Shown: positions 1 to 13,971 of the stretch, piece by piece | How positions within the stretch are numbered: the first letter of the stretch is position 1 | How the letters are laid out: the number at the start of each line of letters is the position of its first letter | Assembly: GCA_951406725.2 (NCBI GenBank) | Contig: OX597814.1 | Coordinates: 91,760,001 to 91,824,000, forward strand | DNA length: 64,000 nucleotides | Direction: 5' to 3' | Source of the DNA: Octopus vulgaris | Lineage: Eukaryota | Translations under genes and position numbers: made by a program | Notes under the pieces: generated by a model | The model's database searches: none | The model's input: the letters and a program-made list of their open reading frames with translations, nothing else | What the model was told of the DNA's origin: nothing

Positions 1-1399
1 ATTCTTGTGTTCCAATGACTGAATTGCCTGTTCCTGAATTAATGTTTCAGTCACTGAGAATTTCGTAGTCAGATGCACCCTTAACCTAATGATCTGGCAT
101 AATCAGCACGACACAGTGTCAGACAAGGCTATACCTTCTTTTGGATGACAAGTGCAAACCATCCGATGGGCTTCTATACAGCTTTCCCTCAATACAGGTC
201 AGTCAGAACCTATAGGTCACATGCTACTTTTGAAAATAACATTTTCTCAAATTCCACACTCTAAAATTCAACCTGGATTCTCGAGATTTCCAAGCAAACT
301 TCACTATTCGACCAAACTGAACTTATATGCATATATATTTAGGCATATATAAAGAACAGTCAAACAAGATCTATAGAGCACACGCATTATTTCGGAATCT
401 ACGATATATCTCCTTATCGCAACACAAATTCAATCATGCAGATAGTGGCATCACGTTTCACATTGCTACCCATTTAAGTTTTGATGCAGCCATCGCACAA
501 GTACCCAGCTGATCATAAGATGTGCATTATATCTAGCTAAGAATCATATTTTCATAATATAACTCAAAGAACTAAAAATAGAATAAATTTTTCCTCCTTT
601 ACGGGAGAAAAGAGTAATTTTGTCATATCTGTAATTTTCCTATCGATAGATCCACAGAGTTATCTGAAAACAGCCAACATAGTAATAATTCTCCCCACTC
701 TACACAACTGATATGTTAATTGATCATTTTTACAGACAACCTGCCACACACGCAAACCACATACGAGAATGTTAGTGTACGTCATTGCATATTCCGTCTT
801 AAAAGTACACATGAAACTTCATCTGAACAAAGATAATCGATGAAAACTTTTAAGTAGGAAAATCATTCGCCCAATTTCATCTAAGTTAAGTCCAGTTTAT
901 GTTTTAATTTTATTGTAGCTTGAACAATTCTGTAACGTGAGAAACATACAGTTAGTAGTAACGGATAGAATCATCAACTCAAACGAATGGATACCGCTAC
1001 ATGTAATGAGTACAATGCATTCGTATCATATTATTTGTATGCATATTTATATGAAAGGCGGTTGGATCTGTCCAATGCAGTAGTGGTTACATTTTTTTAT
1101 TGCTTACCAAACACTGACGCGTTTTATTGCTTTTATTTATAATTTATATTTTTTTATTTAATTTTTTAGAATTTTTTGTTATTGTTCTATAGTTGAAGAT
1201 CAGAGGCGTCATCTAAGATATTATATCTGTCCAAACACAATTTTTATACTGCAGGTAGGAACCTTGCATCAGATTTTGCACATTTTAAAGAGGATACGGT
1301 GTGATCTGGGAGAGATATATCAACCATTTTAGCAGATCAAAATACTTCATACGAGCAACTTCGAGGTATCCCAGCTAGTAAATCATTAATGTGAGGATG

Positions 1400-1720
1400 T
1401 GAAAAATATCCAAAGATCAAGAGTGAATCATATCTGAATTTGAATGAAACAGTGCTAGGAAAATGTGTAAACATTGGTATCCCCATTTCTTGAACAGATA
1501 ATTCAGACGATTTCACAGTTCCTAAAGTTCTGTCGGAAGAAGTGAGAGAGCGTGTAATGAACCACGTTGATCATATCTGTTGAAAACGTAGGAGAGGTGG
1601 TGGCATCATCGTGTACATATCTGGAGGATCTGCACACGACCACCACTCACTATTTATGTCTACTTCTGTTTCTGAACGAAGTTGTCCACATTAGAAATCA
1701 AGTATAAATCACTTCATGCT
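1400..1720 (+). pseudogene. Degenerate LINE apurinic-like endonuclease fragment
   Basis: 1587-1625 translates RRRGGGIIVYISG, matching the 'R..GGGV..YI' motif of CR1/L2-type APE domains; surrounding frame is broken; boundaries approximate. Confidence 0.35.
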
Positions 1721-3526
1721 GAAGTGGAACTGGTTCAGCAGAAGTTTGGAGCACAAAGCATTTATTCGCACTCAGCCTCACGCAGGACTTCTATTTCATG
1801 TCCTCGCTCGTCTTACAGACTCCAGTAGTACTTTTGTCAGCTTGGTGAAGGCCCTCATCAACCCATTATAATCTTTGACTACATTAATTACCTCTCATGG
1901 AGGATGCACCTCTGCTAGAGCCCTCTCTTTCCCAACCCTGAAAACGAAGCACTCTTTCTAAGAATCTTTGACTGACGATGAAGCGATGTGTAAGTTTGTA
2001 TTCCCTATCAGGTAAGATGCTTCATTACGAAAAATGAAAAACAAAAATATGATGGAAAAGTCAACATATGGCGCATGCAAAGGTGGAATACAATTGATTG
2101 ATGCTTACATTTTATCAATAAATAGCCGGTATGCACTGTAGATATTATAATCAATTCGCTTCATGGGTTTTTAATTCTTTCTTCAAATAAATGCCATGCA
2201 TATCATGCATCAGCCTGCCTTAGAAATGATTAATTACGCGTTTTATAAGCACTCAATACAAACCACATAAGTAGCTAAGAAGTACCTTCGAGATAATTCC
2301 AATTAGCATTCAACAAATGCATAGAGAAGAAAGTTGTTGACGCGCTAAAGTTCAACGACAGTAATCGTTGCAGTTATTTATATACATTTGAGTTATAGCA
2401 TAGATGCAGAAATGCAGTTCTTTGACAATTCAAATGCCAATAACTAGATTTCTAGGAAATTCTAAAAATGGATATTTTCATTTCAGCGATAATAGCGAAA
2501 TCAAGTAAAAGGAAAAAGTATACATGAAATATATTTTCAATTATATGTTTATTCATTTATTGATTTTGTTTGAAATGGAAGAATACAATTTTGCTTGTGG
2601 TTTTATAAAAATAAATTGAGTATAGTGTATATATTGATCCGTATACAATTGGATTTTGAGTAAAGAATGTATTACTTATTCTGGATAGTTGCAATATATA
2701 TTACATAAACTAAAGGGATATAAAATACAACCGCATATTTTTGTTTGTTTAGCTGTATTTTGTATTAAATAGTATATGTATTTCTATAGGAATTTTGTCT
2801 TAACTGAACAGTTAACCAGCGAGGTAACATGGCTTCCGTATTCCAAAGGCACCAAATTATACTGAGTAGTTAAAATTGTTTATGGCTACAATTAAATTCA
2901 TAAATTACATTAGTGATTTACAATTACGGAAAGTTTTAGAATCAGTTTGCAACTTTTAACTAGTTACAATAATCTAGCAGAAATCTCGCTTTGCAATATA
3001 AGCGCAATTCTTGTTTAGAACATTCTACTTTATATATTTCATATATTCCACGTTCCAACGGTCATAAGCAATAACCAATAGCCTAGAGAGGAATAGGTTT
3101 CACATGATAGACTTTGCACAATGTTCAACGCAAGGAAAATTTTCTTCGATGGTAACCTGAAACTACATAAAATGATTAGAGTTACTTCCATTTACAGTCT
3201 TGCAAGGCTCTTTTGAGAGCAATATATTATTTATTCTTATAATGGCGTTGTGCTCTATCAAAGTTCTTACCAAATAATAACCCTGCTAAGATCAAAATAT
3301 TAAATAGCTAAAACTGATTCGCGAAAGAACATCGATACAAACGTGTGTGATTTCTGGATGATTTTTCTATGTATTTCGAATTGCTTGTGTATGTTGATCA
3401 GCTAATATTACATCACCGTGTTTATTCCTTTGTGTAACCCTCAGCAAATAAAAATAGGAAAGTACATATATACATATATGCGTGTGTGTGTGTGTGCGTG
3501 CGTGTGTGTGTGTGTGCGAGCGTATG

Positions 3527-3566
<40 letters not shown>

Positions 3567-3856
3567 AACAGCTGCAAAGTCGCCCTATCTGACTGTTTTG
3601 GAGAATTTAATGCAATTGCTTCCTCAATGATGATCATATTTGTCGCAAACAATCTTCTAAAAAAAAATCCCCGAAAACAATCGCAGTAATAAAAACATAC
3701 GGATCAAAAATTTCAGGATTGTGGATCCGGTTTCAGCCTGGAATGCTTTAAATTTACTCACGGAGTCAGCCTGATTCCAAAATGGTGCGATATGCTTGGC
3801 TACGGCCTCTAGGTGTAAAGCTGAAAAAGTGTGACACACTGACATATGCACAAATT

Positions 3857-3956
3857 ATATTATATTATGTTATATTATATTATATTATATTATATTATAT
3901 TATATTATATTATATTATATTATATTATATTATATTATATTATATTATATTATATT
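3857..3956. repeat. (ATTAT)n pentanucleotide microsatellite
   Basis: Direct read. Confidence 0.95.
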
Positions 3957-4092
3957 AAGGCGGCAAGCTGGCAGAATCATTACCACACTAGGCGACATGC
4001 TTAGCGGTATTTCGTCCACCGTGAGGTTTTGATTTCGAATTCCGCCGAGGTCGATTTAGCCTTTCATCCTTTCGGTGTCGATAAAATTAGTA
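3957..4092 (+). mobile_element. SINE-like interspersed repeat (family D, GGCGGCAAGCTGGCAGAA head)
   Basis: Diverged copies at ~12888-13000 (+), ~19440-19590 (-) and ~61388-61455 (+); B-box-like TTCGAATTCC. Confidence 0.65.
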
Positions 4093-4379
4093 ATAGTAAG
4101 CCCTTACCCCTACACCCTGAGGCCATGGGCCTTCTGCAGAAATGATCTATTGAAGTTGAGAAAGTGTACTACACTGATATTCACATATATTTTATTAGAT
4201 TTTTTTAATTTGGAGAAACTTTATTTCCATTATATTTATGTGTGTGTATGTGTGTATGCTTATATATGTGTGTGAGTGTATGTTAAAGAAAGCAAAAAAT
4301 AAAACAAAAATGATAATGTTCAGTAGGGGGTTCAATATGATGGCCACAGGAATTTCTGTCAAACAGACGTGGCTAAACA

Positions 4380-4479
4380 NNNNNNNNNNNNNNNNNNNNN
4401 NNNNNNNNNNNNNNNNNNNNNNNNNNNNNNNNNNNNNNNNNNNNNNNNNNNNNNNNNNNNNNNNNNNNNNNNNNNNNNN
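4380..4479. other. Assembly gap (100 N)
   Basis: Run of N. Confidence 1.
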
Positions 4480-4900
4480 AATTATGATTATATTTAGCAT
4501 ATTCCCCATATATATGTCCGCATGGGTAGACAACATATGCACACGTTATATACATATACATTCAAAAGCACACATGTCGTTACGCGACCATTCGGTGCAT
4601 AGACAATTCAGTGCAGGGTATCTTATTGAACTTTGGGGTTAGAGTTCGACTAATTTTTAAATTTTACTGATTCACCGTCAGCGTTAGTCTATTGAACAAA
4701 AATGCTTAAAAACCAATAAATATTAAACCAGTTTCAACCAGTAGTTAGCTAGTTAAATTTTCATGGGAGATTCAAGACGTGTAGTTATAGTTTCGTATGG
4801 GCGTGTGTATATAAGTTACGTTTCCCTGTTGATGTCTATTTCATGTACGTAATGCTTTTTGTTTATGTATATTTAATTTATTCTATAACTGTTTTGTCTG

Positions 4901-4944
<44 letters not shown>

Positions 4945-4953
<9 letters not shown>

Positions 4954-7715
4954 AGTATATGAAAGAATGGAGTTGAACGACTAGTTAACAAATATCCTTT
5001 ATTCTCGACATATGTTTCGAAGGCTGCATATTCCTAATTCTGAAGGAATAAGGAGTACATTATGCAGATTTCTCATCATGAAAATCAAGGAACTTATGTC
5101 GACATCAAAATGCACAAAAGACTTTTAGCTGACCGCTCTCAAGGAGCCCATGGCGATAATGAGTGTCTCTTTATAATGAGTGACATCAGAGTGGCTGAAT
5201 GTAGAAGAATCTAGAAGTTTCTAAAGGTTCAAGAGTTCAAACGGAGTAGGAGGAGGGAGGTATAAGAATAGTAAGGGGAGAGAGTGCAGGTCAAAAGAAT
5301 GGTGGGTTTAAATGATTTCTTTTGTGAATGAGTGCCTGTGTGTGTGACTGTATATAACTGTCTTAATGTGTGTATGTGTGTGTCTGAATGCGTGATTGTG
5401 TTTGTGGATGGGTAGATGTCAGAAAACTGACAGCTGTGAGGTGAAAGATCTGTGTCTCTGTGTTCGATTATGTTTACTGTAGAGAAAGAAAAGGAGATAG
5501 CGAAAGGGAGAGAGACCCGGGCGAGGTGAGAGGCAACGCAAGAATGGATAGTAGTAATTGGGAATATAAGAAAATCTTTTTGACTATTGGGGTGAAATAT
5601 AGCAAATTTTTGTTTGGAAATCGAGGGGTTATCTATATTAGTCACTATTTATATGAGTGAAAGGTGTGTCTTTTCCAGTGTAAACACCTGTAGGATCTTT
5701 CGACGAATGTGTTTATTAAAGGGCCTTTGGCGAACAAAATATGAAAAAGTTTGGAATTACAGATGCCACAAAATTTTCTGCCTTTATCAAACGGGAAGGA
5801 CACCGACAAAATGGACCATTCGAGCTTGAACGTAGTGTTATTGTTCTTCAGACGCAAGACTAATTTGCTTAGCCCTGTGCTGTGTTGCTTTCTCTTATCT
5901 CTTAAAGTGGAATAATGGTTGGAGTTCCTTTGGGCTAATTTAGAAGAGGTTGAGCCAATATAGAAGTAGACATCGGTTCCAGAAGAGATTTTGCATTGGT
6001 AAGTGGTGTTTCTAATTTTGGAATTATTGGATAAGAACTTTAATCTATTGGGGTTGTTTTCCGATACTAAGACAGAGTTTTATTGTTGTGATAGGTGAAA
6101 AAATTGTTGCTGGCTTTGGCCACGATACTATTCATCTTATTATCATTACTATTAGTTGTAATATCGTCGGCAAATTCTCTGGCTATAGGAATGCTGCGAT
6201 TGTTATCATCAATAATATAACTGTTATTAAGAATGCTGGTACTATTACCACTAACACCACCACTGTTAATAATCTGGCTAATGTAATTATCATTATTACT
6301 ATTGCTGACGCTAATGCTGCTATGAATGTTGTTAATATCCATATTACTTCTATTATTATTATTATTGTATGTTACGTTGGAATGGGTAAGGGCGGTGTCG
6401 CTACTCATGGGTAGAGAGACCCTATTTAGCAGCTTATTATTGTGGGAAGCTATTATCTGCGAAAGATTTTTAGTATTTGAGAATGGTATTCTTAATTTAT
6501 GCGAATTTATAGTGGAGTAGTATCTAGAATTCCTAGGAAAATTCTTAGTAACGGCTTCACGGAATTGTAAAGGGAGATTAGACCTGATTTGTCTCCCGAA
6601 AGGAATCACAAACCAGATATATTTTTTTTGTTCTTGGAATGGCTGAGAGTGTTGACATTTACATTAAAGGGTATATTTCTGTGTTGTAGAATGGATTTAG
6701 GTTTACGCTGGCCTCCCCTGGTCCGTAAGTTATTATTGTAAAATATATTTGTGTCGACGTCGACGTTGCTAGAGCTGAAATCACTATTTATGTTATTTAT
6801 ATTATTATTAGAAGTTATCTTATCTTGATGGGCAGATATTAGTTTAGGACGGGCCGGATCGATATATGATACCTTATCCCTATAACCGGCCTTTGACAAG
6901 GCGGCATTATAAAATTCAGCTTTCTGTTTAAAAATGTCGACATTTGCTGATAACTTAGATAGTCTTAAGGATATATTTTTAACCAAATTATCGATGATAG
7001 TTTTTGCATGGTTACTGAAAATACTGACATATTTTAGGTTCGTAGACGGCTTATGGTAAAGGGAAGTAAGAATTATTATGCAAATTTATGGTAACATCTA
7101 AGAAATTGGCCTTAGTTAGTTCGTTGTCAAAAATTATGCTTATGCCCAGCCTGCTGAAAAATCTAACTAATCTATTTTTAGTCTTCTGTATCCTACTGAT
7201 AGGGGCATTCTGTAGGTAAAAAAGACAATCGTCTCGATACAGACCGCCGCAGATGTCCGGAAATTGGTCGGCTAATTCATATAGAATATAGATTCCGACC
7301 AAATCGGCTATCTGGGCGCTATCTGAGCTTCCCATTGGCACATCGAACGCGTTGGGAGTATCCTTACGGACCCATAACTTATCATCGAATTGAATGAAGG
7401 ATTTTCTAGCGGCTAGAATTATATTAATTTCCTCCTTGTCAGCCCTGCCTTGTTATGTGCGTGCCATAGGGCCTTATTGAGCACGATGGGGTTTATCGAA
7501 GGGTAGAAATGGGAAATATCGAATTGAATGAATTTAGTGCTATTTTTATTTGAAATGGAAGAGAACCATTCTACGACTTGAGTGGAGTTAGACCATATGT
7601 TGAGTTTAAGCTTATTAACTAATCTAGGTATGTATTTATCTAAAATGTACTTACTTATGGAACCGATATCGGAACTAGAAGGGCAAATGAGCCTTAATGC
7701 TGGGTTGATTTGGAA
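4945..7715 (-). mobile_element. 5'-truncated Penelope-like element, inverted left arm (RT, linker, GIY-YIG, 3' pLTR)
   Basis: Near-identical reverse complement of 8660-11337; ORF pieces contain FDISHFYPSI, MGSSDSAQIADLVG, GLYRDD and the GIY-YIG C-terminus; ends in (TA)n. Confidence 0.95.
4995..5091 (-). ncRNA. Type-I hammerhead motif in pLTR, core mutated (C3>A)
   Basis: Reverse complement reads TCCTTGATTTTC-ATGATGA-stemII-GAAAC-ATAT-GTC-GAGAATAAAGGA. Confidence 0.75.
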
Positions 7716-7734
7716 TTTTGATGTCGACATAAGT

Positions 7735-7831
7735 TCCTTGATTTTCCTGATGAGAAATCTGCATAATGTACTCCTTATTCCTTCAGAATTAGGAATATGC
7801 AGCCTTCGAAACATATGTCGAGTATAAATGA
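7735..7831 (+). ncRNA. Type-I hammerhead ribozyme, intact core
   Basis: CTGATGA 7747-7753; stem II GAAATCTGCATA/TATGCAGCCTTC; GAAAC 7808-7812; palindromic stem III ACATATGT; GTC cleavage triplet 7817-7819; stem I TCCTTGATTTTC/GAGTATAAATGA. Confidence 0.85.
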
Positions 7832-8068
7832 TATTTGTTAACTAGTCGTTCAACTCCATTCTTTCATATACTTATAATTTTAAAATAAACATACAAATTT
7901 CCGCACGAAGACACGTAGTCTATGCCTTAGGGACGTATTTTCAACCGTGTTCTTTCTGATGTGAATTTGCTAGCCAGGTATCGGTTATCTTTGAATTATC
8001 CTTAATAAGATAATTCATTCAATTACTCTATATTCATATGCAGCTTCGTCCAGATCCTGCTACCTTAA

Positions 8069-10639
8069 CAGATACCACACATTGAGTTGTTCGAGATTAA
8101 CGCATCCTTTAAGGACATACCAATACCACCAAACGAAACCTTCCTTAAGGAAATTGTCAACAAAACAAATGCATTCATCAACTGAATTAGATGGCTCCCT
8201 TTCTTCCATGATAACGAGGAATTAAAACAGAACGGTACAGAAACATCTTCCGAATATAAGAAGCTATTCAAGTCGAGGGAGACACCGCCACCCAATCCCA
8301 GACTGAAGAAATTTGAGGACGACTTGTGGGACATTGTAAGGAGCGTTAAATTCCGTAAATTGCCCCTTAGGAATAAACACCTTAGATACCTCAACAAAAT
8401 TACGAAAGATATAAACAGCTCAGACGCTATCCTGGTCCAATCAGATAAAACCAGGAATACATACAAGCTAGCAAAAAACCAGTATTTAGAATTGCTCAAG
8501 AAGGAAATACAGAAGAATTACAGAACTACGAATAAGGATACACTTAGAAAAGCCAACTTGGAAATTAAGAAAATCATGGTTACTCGTGGTTTGCAAATGA
8601 AAACACAACCACTCAACCCAAGGCAACCAAGATTCATCGTCAAGGACCATAAACCAAACTTCCAAACCAACCCAGCATTAAGGCTCATTTGCCCTTCTAG
8701 TTCCGACATCGGTTCCATCAGTAAGTACATTTTAGATAAATACATACCTAGATTAGTTAATAAGCTTAAACTCAACATATGGTCTAACTCCATTCAAGTC
8801 GTAGAATGGTTCTCTTCCATTTCTAATAAAAATAGCACTAAATTCATTCAATTCGATATTTCCCATTTCTACCCTTCGATAAACCCCATCGTGCTCAATA
8901 AGGCCCTATGGCACGCACATAACAAGGCAGGGCTGACAAGGAGGAAATTAATATAATTCTAGCCGCTAGAAAATCCTTCATTCGATGATAAGTTATGGGT
9001 CCGTAAGGATACTCCCAACTCGTTCGACGTGCCAATGGGAAGCTCAGATAGCGCCCAGGTAGCCGATTTGGTCGGAATCTATATTCTATATGAATTAGCC
9101 GACCAATTCCCGGACATCTGCGGCGGTCTGTATCGAGACGATTGTCTTTTTTACCTACAGAATGCCCCTATCAGTAGGATACAGAAGACTAAAAATAGAT
9201 TAGTTAGATTTTTCAGCAGGGTGGGCATAAGCATAATTTTTGACAACGAACTAACTAAGGTCAATTTCTTAGATGTTAACCTAAATCGATAATTTGGTTA
9301 AAAATATATCCTTAAGACTATCTAAGTTATCAGCAAATGTCGACATTTTTAAACAGAAAGATGAATTTTATAATGCCGCCTTGTCAAAGGCCGGTTATAG
9401 GGATAAGGTATCATATATCGATCCGGCCCGTCCTAAACTAATATCTGCCCATCAAGATAAGATAACTTCTAATAATAATATAAATAACATAAATAGTGAT
9501 TTCAGCTCTAGCAACGTCGACGTCGACACAAATATATTTTACAATAATAACTTACGGACCAGGGGAGGCCAGCGTAAACCTAAATCCATTCTACAACACA
9601 GAAATATACCCTTTAATGTAAATGTCAACACTCTCAGCCATTCCAAGAACAAAAAAAAATATATCTGGTTTGTGATTCCTTTCGGGAGACAAATCAGGTC
9701 TAATCTCCCTTTACAATTCCGTGAAGCCGTTACTAAGAATTTTCCTAGGAATTCTAGATACTACTCCACTATAAATTCGCATAAATTAAGAATACCATTC
9801 TCAAATACTAAAAATCTTTCGCAGATAATAGCTTCCCACAATAATAAGCTGCTAAATAGGGTCTCTCTACCCATGAGTAGCGACACCGCCCTTACCCATT
9901 CCAACGTAACATACAATAATAATAATAATAGAAGTAATATGGATATTAACAACATTCATAGCAGCATTAGCGTCAGCAATAGTAATAATGATAATAATAT
10001 TAGCCAGATTATTAACAGTGGTGGTGTTAGTGGTAATAGTACCAGTATTCTTAATAACAGTTATATTATTGATGATAACAATCGCAGCATTCCTATAGCC
10101 AGAGAATTTGCCGACGATATTACAACTAATAGTAATGATAATAAGATGAATAGTATCGTGGCCAAAGCCAGCAACAATTTTTTCACCTATCACAACAATA
10201 AAACTCTGTCTTAGTATCGGAAACCAACCCCAACAGATTAAAGTTCTTATCCCAAAATTCCAAAATTAGAAACACCACTTACCAATGCAAAATTTCTTCT
10301 GGAACCGATGTCTACTTCTATATTGGCACAACCTCTTCTAAATTAGCCCAAAGGATCTCCAACTATTATTCCACTTTAAGAGATAAGAGAAAGCAACACA
10401 GCACGGGGCTAAGCAAATTAGTCTGGCGTCTGAAGAACAATAACACTAAGTTCAAGCTCGAATGGCCCATTTTGTCGGTGTCCTTCCCGTTTGATAAAAG
10501 CAGAAAATTTTGTGGCATCTGTAATTCCGAACTTTTTCATATTTTGTTCGCCAAAGGCCCTTTAATAAACACAATCGTCGAAAGATCCTACAGGTGTTTA
10601 CACTGGAAAAGAGACACCTTTCACTCATATCAAAAATGA
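8069..10639 (+). pseudogene. PLE polyprotein (RT + Asn-rich linker + GIY-YIG endonuclease), interrupted by stops, frameshifts and deletions
   Basis: ORF pieces 8324-8956, 9029-9292 and 9294-10214, plus an unlisted frame 10214-10639: NTTYQCKISSGTDVYFYIGTT...STGLSKLVWRLK...CGICNSELFHIL...CLH. Confidence 0.9.
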
Positions 10640-11509
10640 CTAATATAGATAACCCCTCGATTTCCAAACAAAATTTTTGCTATATTTCACCCCAATAGTC
10701 AAAAAGATTTTTTTATATTCCCAATTACTACTATCCATTCTTGCGTTGCCTCTCACTTCGCCCGGTTCTTTCTCCCTTTCGCTATCTCCTTTTCTTTCTC
10801 TACAGTAAACATAATCGAACACAGAGACACAGACCTTTCACCTCACAGCTGTCAGTTATCTGACATCTACCCATCCACAAACACAATCACGCATTCAGAC
10901 ACACACATACACACATTAAGACAGTTATATACAGTCACACGCACAGACACTCATTCACAAAAGAAATCATTTAAACCCACCATTCTTTTGACCTGCACTC
11001 TCTCCCCTTACTATTCTTATACCTCCCTCCTCCTACTCCGTTTGAACTCTTGAACCTTTAGAAACTTCTAGATTCTTCTACATTCAGCCACTCTGACGTC
11101 ACTCATTATAAAGAGACACTCATTATCGCCATGGGCTCCTTGAGAGCGGTCAGCTAAAAGTTTTTTGTGCATTGTGTGCATTTTGATGTCTTTTGTGCAT
11201 TTTGATGAGAAATCTGCATAATGTACTCCTTATTCCTTCAGAATTAGGAATATGCAGCCTTCGAAACATATGTCGAGAATAAAGGATATTTGTTAACTAG
11301 TCGTTCAACTCCATTCTTTCATATACTTATAATTTTAAAATTAACATACAAATTTCCGCACGAAGACACGTAGTCTATGTCCTAGGGACGTAGCTTCAAC
11401 CGTGTTCTTTCTGATGTGAATTTGCTACCCAGGTATCGGTTATCTTTCGAATTATCCTTAATAAGATAATTCATTCAATTACTCAAATATATATATATAT
11501 GTGTATGTG

Positions 11510-11540
<31 letters not shown>

Positions 11541-11541
<1 letters not shown>

Positions 11542-11848
11542 GAGTCGAAATGGCCCAGTGGTTAGGGCAGCGGACTCGTGGTCGTAGGATTGCGGTTTCG
11601 ATTCCTAGACCGGGCGTTGTGAGTGTTTATTGAGCGAAAACACATAAAAAGCTCCATGAGGCTCCAGCAGGGGGTGCTGATCCCTGCTGTACTCTTTCAC
11701 CACACTTTCTGTCACTCTTTCTTCTGTTGGCCTGCTCGCTTAGCCAGCGGGGTGGCGTCATTAGAAGGCTAAAACAATGCGAACGCATTGTGACCAGCGA
11801 TGTGTAACAACATCTGATGGTCTGATCGGTCACGTGATCTGACGTGAT
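11541..11848 (+). mobile_element. tRNA-derived SINE (family A)
   Basis: A-box TGGCCCAGTGG 11551-11561, B-box GGTTTCGATTCC 11594-11605; its 3' segment recurs at ~49947-50005. Confidence 0.85.
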
Positions 11849-12021
11849 ATATATATATATATATATATTATATTAAATTAGAGATAAAACCTCTATTAGG
11901 CAAATCAAACAGTGAAAATCATAAGCCAATACATAGAAATAAAATTAATTTTAAAAATATAAAATTGGATTTAATCCTAAATCTAATTTTTCCCTGTAAG
12001 TTTGGATTTACACCCTAATAT

Positions 12022-12026
<5 letters not shown>

Positions 12027-12080
<54 letters not shown>

Positions 12081-12111
12081 TATACACATATATATACATA
12101 TAAATATATAT

Positions 12112-12154
<43 letters not shown>

Positions 12155-12272
12155 TATACATATATATATACATATATATATATATGCATATATATATATG
12201 CATATATATATATATACATATATATATACGTATATATATATACATATATATATATATATGCATATATATATA

Positions 12273-12344
<72 letters not shown>

Positions 12345-12382
12345 TATATACATATATATATACATAATATATACATACATAA

Positions 12383-12420
<38 letters not shown>

Positions 12421-12432
12421 TTGTGTGTGTGT
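12027..12432. repeat. (TA)n/(TG)n compound microsatellite
   Basis: Direct read; source of the spurious YIYI ORFs. Confidence 0.95.
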
Positions 12433-13914
12433 ATCATTCAACCACGGTAGTGGTTGAATATATTCGTAAGTCCGCCATTTCATCAAAGCTTCACCCCTAA
12501 TTCAGTTCTCAAATAAATTGCAAACTGTTAATAGTTTTAAAGAGGACACCTCTTCAGCTACGCTTTGGCATAAATATTTTGAGATCTGGCACACTAGGAA
12601 AAAAGTTACATCAAAATATCTGCGATGTCAAGGGGGGCAGTAAGGCACCTATTCACCTTCAATTAACATAAACTTTATAATTCTAAAATAAAAGTATACC
12701 TTTCTTAAGCCTAAATGATAGAAAAATGTATGAGGAATTCAGAGTCGTCAGTCGCATTGAACACAAATTAGCAGAAAAAAATGTATGGGGTGAAATACCA
12801 CGAAGCTTCGCGTAAGTAAGAGAGTAAAGAAGTAAAGCTTAGCAATAAGAATAAAGAATATACTGCTAAAATGAATGGCTCCGTTCAAAGGTGGCGAATT
12901 GGCAGAGACGTAAGTTCCTCGGGCGGAGTGGTTAGCGGTATTGCACTTGTGTTTATATTTTGAGTTCAAATTTCTCCTGATGTCGCCTTTGCTTTTTATC
13001 TATTTCGAATGTATTCAATTTGACGTACAATTTCTTTAATTAATATTTTTAGCTAAACACTTTGAAACTTCCGATACTGCTACAATGTGTCACATACAAC
13101 AGGGTTTACTCTTAACGTTTGAGGCAAAATTTTGTATTTGAGAAGTTATTTCGTTACAAGTTACAGTGTGACAACGGACAAATTCGTGTTTGATAAGTGG
13201 CAATACACGAAACTCTCAACTTTCGACTTACTTTCTATCTTCTGATATATGCATACTATACATATATGTGTAAAAAAATCTCATCACGCAATCAAACCAA
13301 TGAAAGAGCCTCTACCTGGTCGCTCGATGTAAAATCCTAAATTATTAATTCACACATTATTAATTATCTTATAACAGCAATACCTGGAATAATCATGCAT
13401 TAGATGGGAAAATGTGATCATGAAAAGTAATATTCTTAAGATTATAAACCTGGAAGAGTGCAGGAGATGTTATTACACCTGTAAAAGTACTGGCCAAATA
13501 TTACTTCAAGTAAAGTAAAGAATAAAATAATTTTTACTTAAAATATTGCAGCTAAAGTTAAAATTTTAATATCAAAAAATATTTTATTATAGTTTACGAA
13601 TAACACTATACAAATTTAAGTAGAATTTTGCTAATTTACTACCTTCGATAGAGAAAAAAGTGACTAATTAAAAAACTTACAAATTAGCTGAACAGTTTTG
13701 TACAATAACTCTAAAAGATGAGAACTGTAAAGAGTGATTAATTAGAAGATTTGTCATTGTTTGCTACAATATTTTGAGTAAAGAGATTCTTATTCTGTAC
13801 TTTACTTGCAGTAATAGTTTATCGTATAATTTTAGAAGTGTAATAATTTGCCCTGTACTTTCTAGGTTTATGATCTTCAGAATATTGCTTTTTATGCTCG
13901 CATTTTTCCATGTA

Positions 13915-13946
<32 letters not shown>

Positions 13947-13971
13947 TTACACACATATACATATATATATA

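Larger units (their letters stand above)
7716..11485 (+). mobile_element. Near full-length Penelope-like retroelement (Nematis-like) with 5' and 3' pseudo-LTRs
   Basis: pLTR ~7716-8028 repeated at ~11203-11485; N-terminus SFKDIPIPP..KTNAFIN*IRW; RT with YRDD; GIY-YIG; ends in (TA)n. Confidence 0.95.

Noticed and set aside
5229-6520. Antisense and alternative-frame ORFs within the PLE arms
   Set aside because: Shadow frames of the PLE 3' UTR and Asn-rich linker with no independent motif
7978-8071. Putative intron at the PLE pLTR/ORF boundary (AG|GTATCG ... TAACAG|)
   Set aside because: Splice-like signals exist and PLEs can have such introns, but I could not find an upstream in-frame ATG exon
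11541-11615. tRNA gene (also 35949 and 37961)
   Set aside because: A/B boxes are the heads of SINEs that continue into long non-tRNA bodies; no convincing cloverleaf
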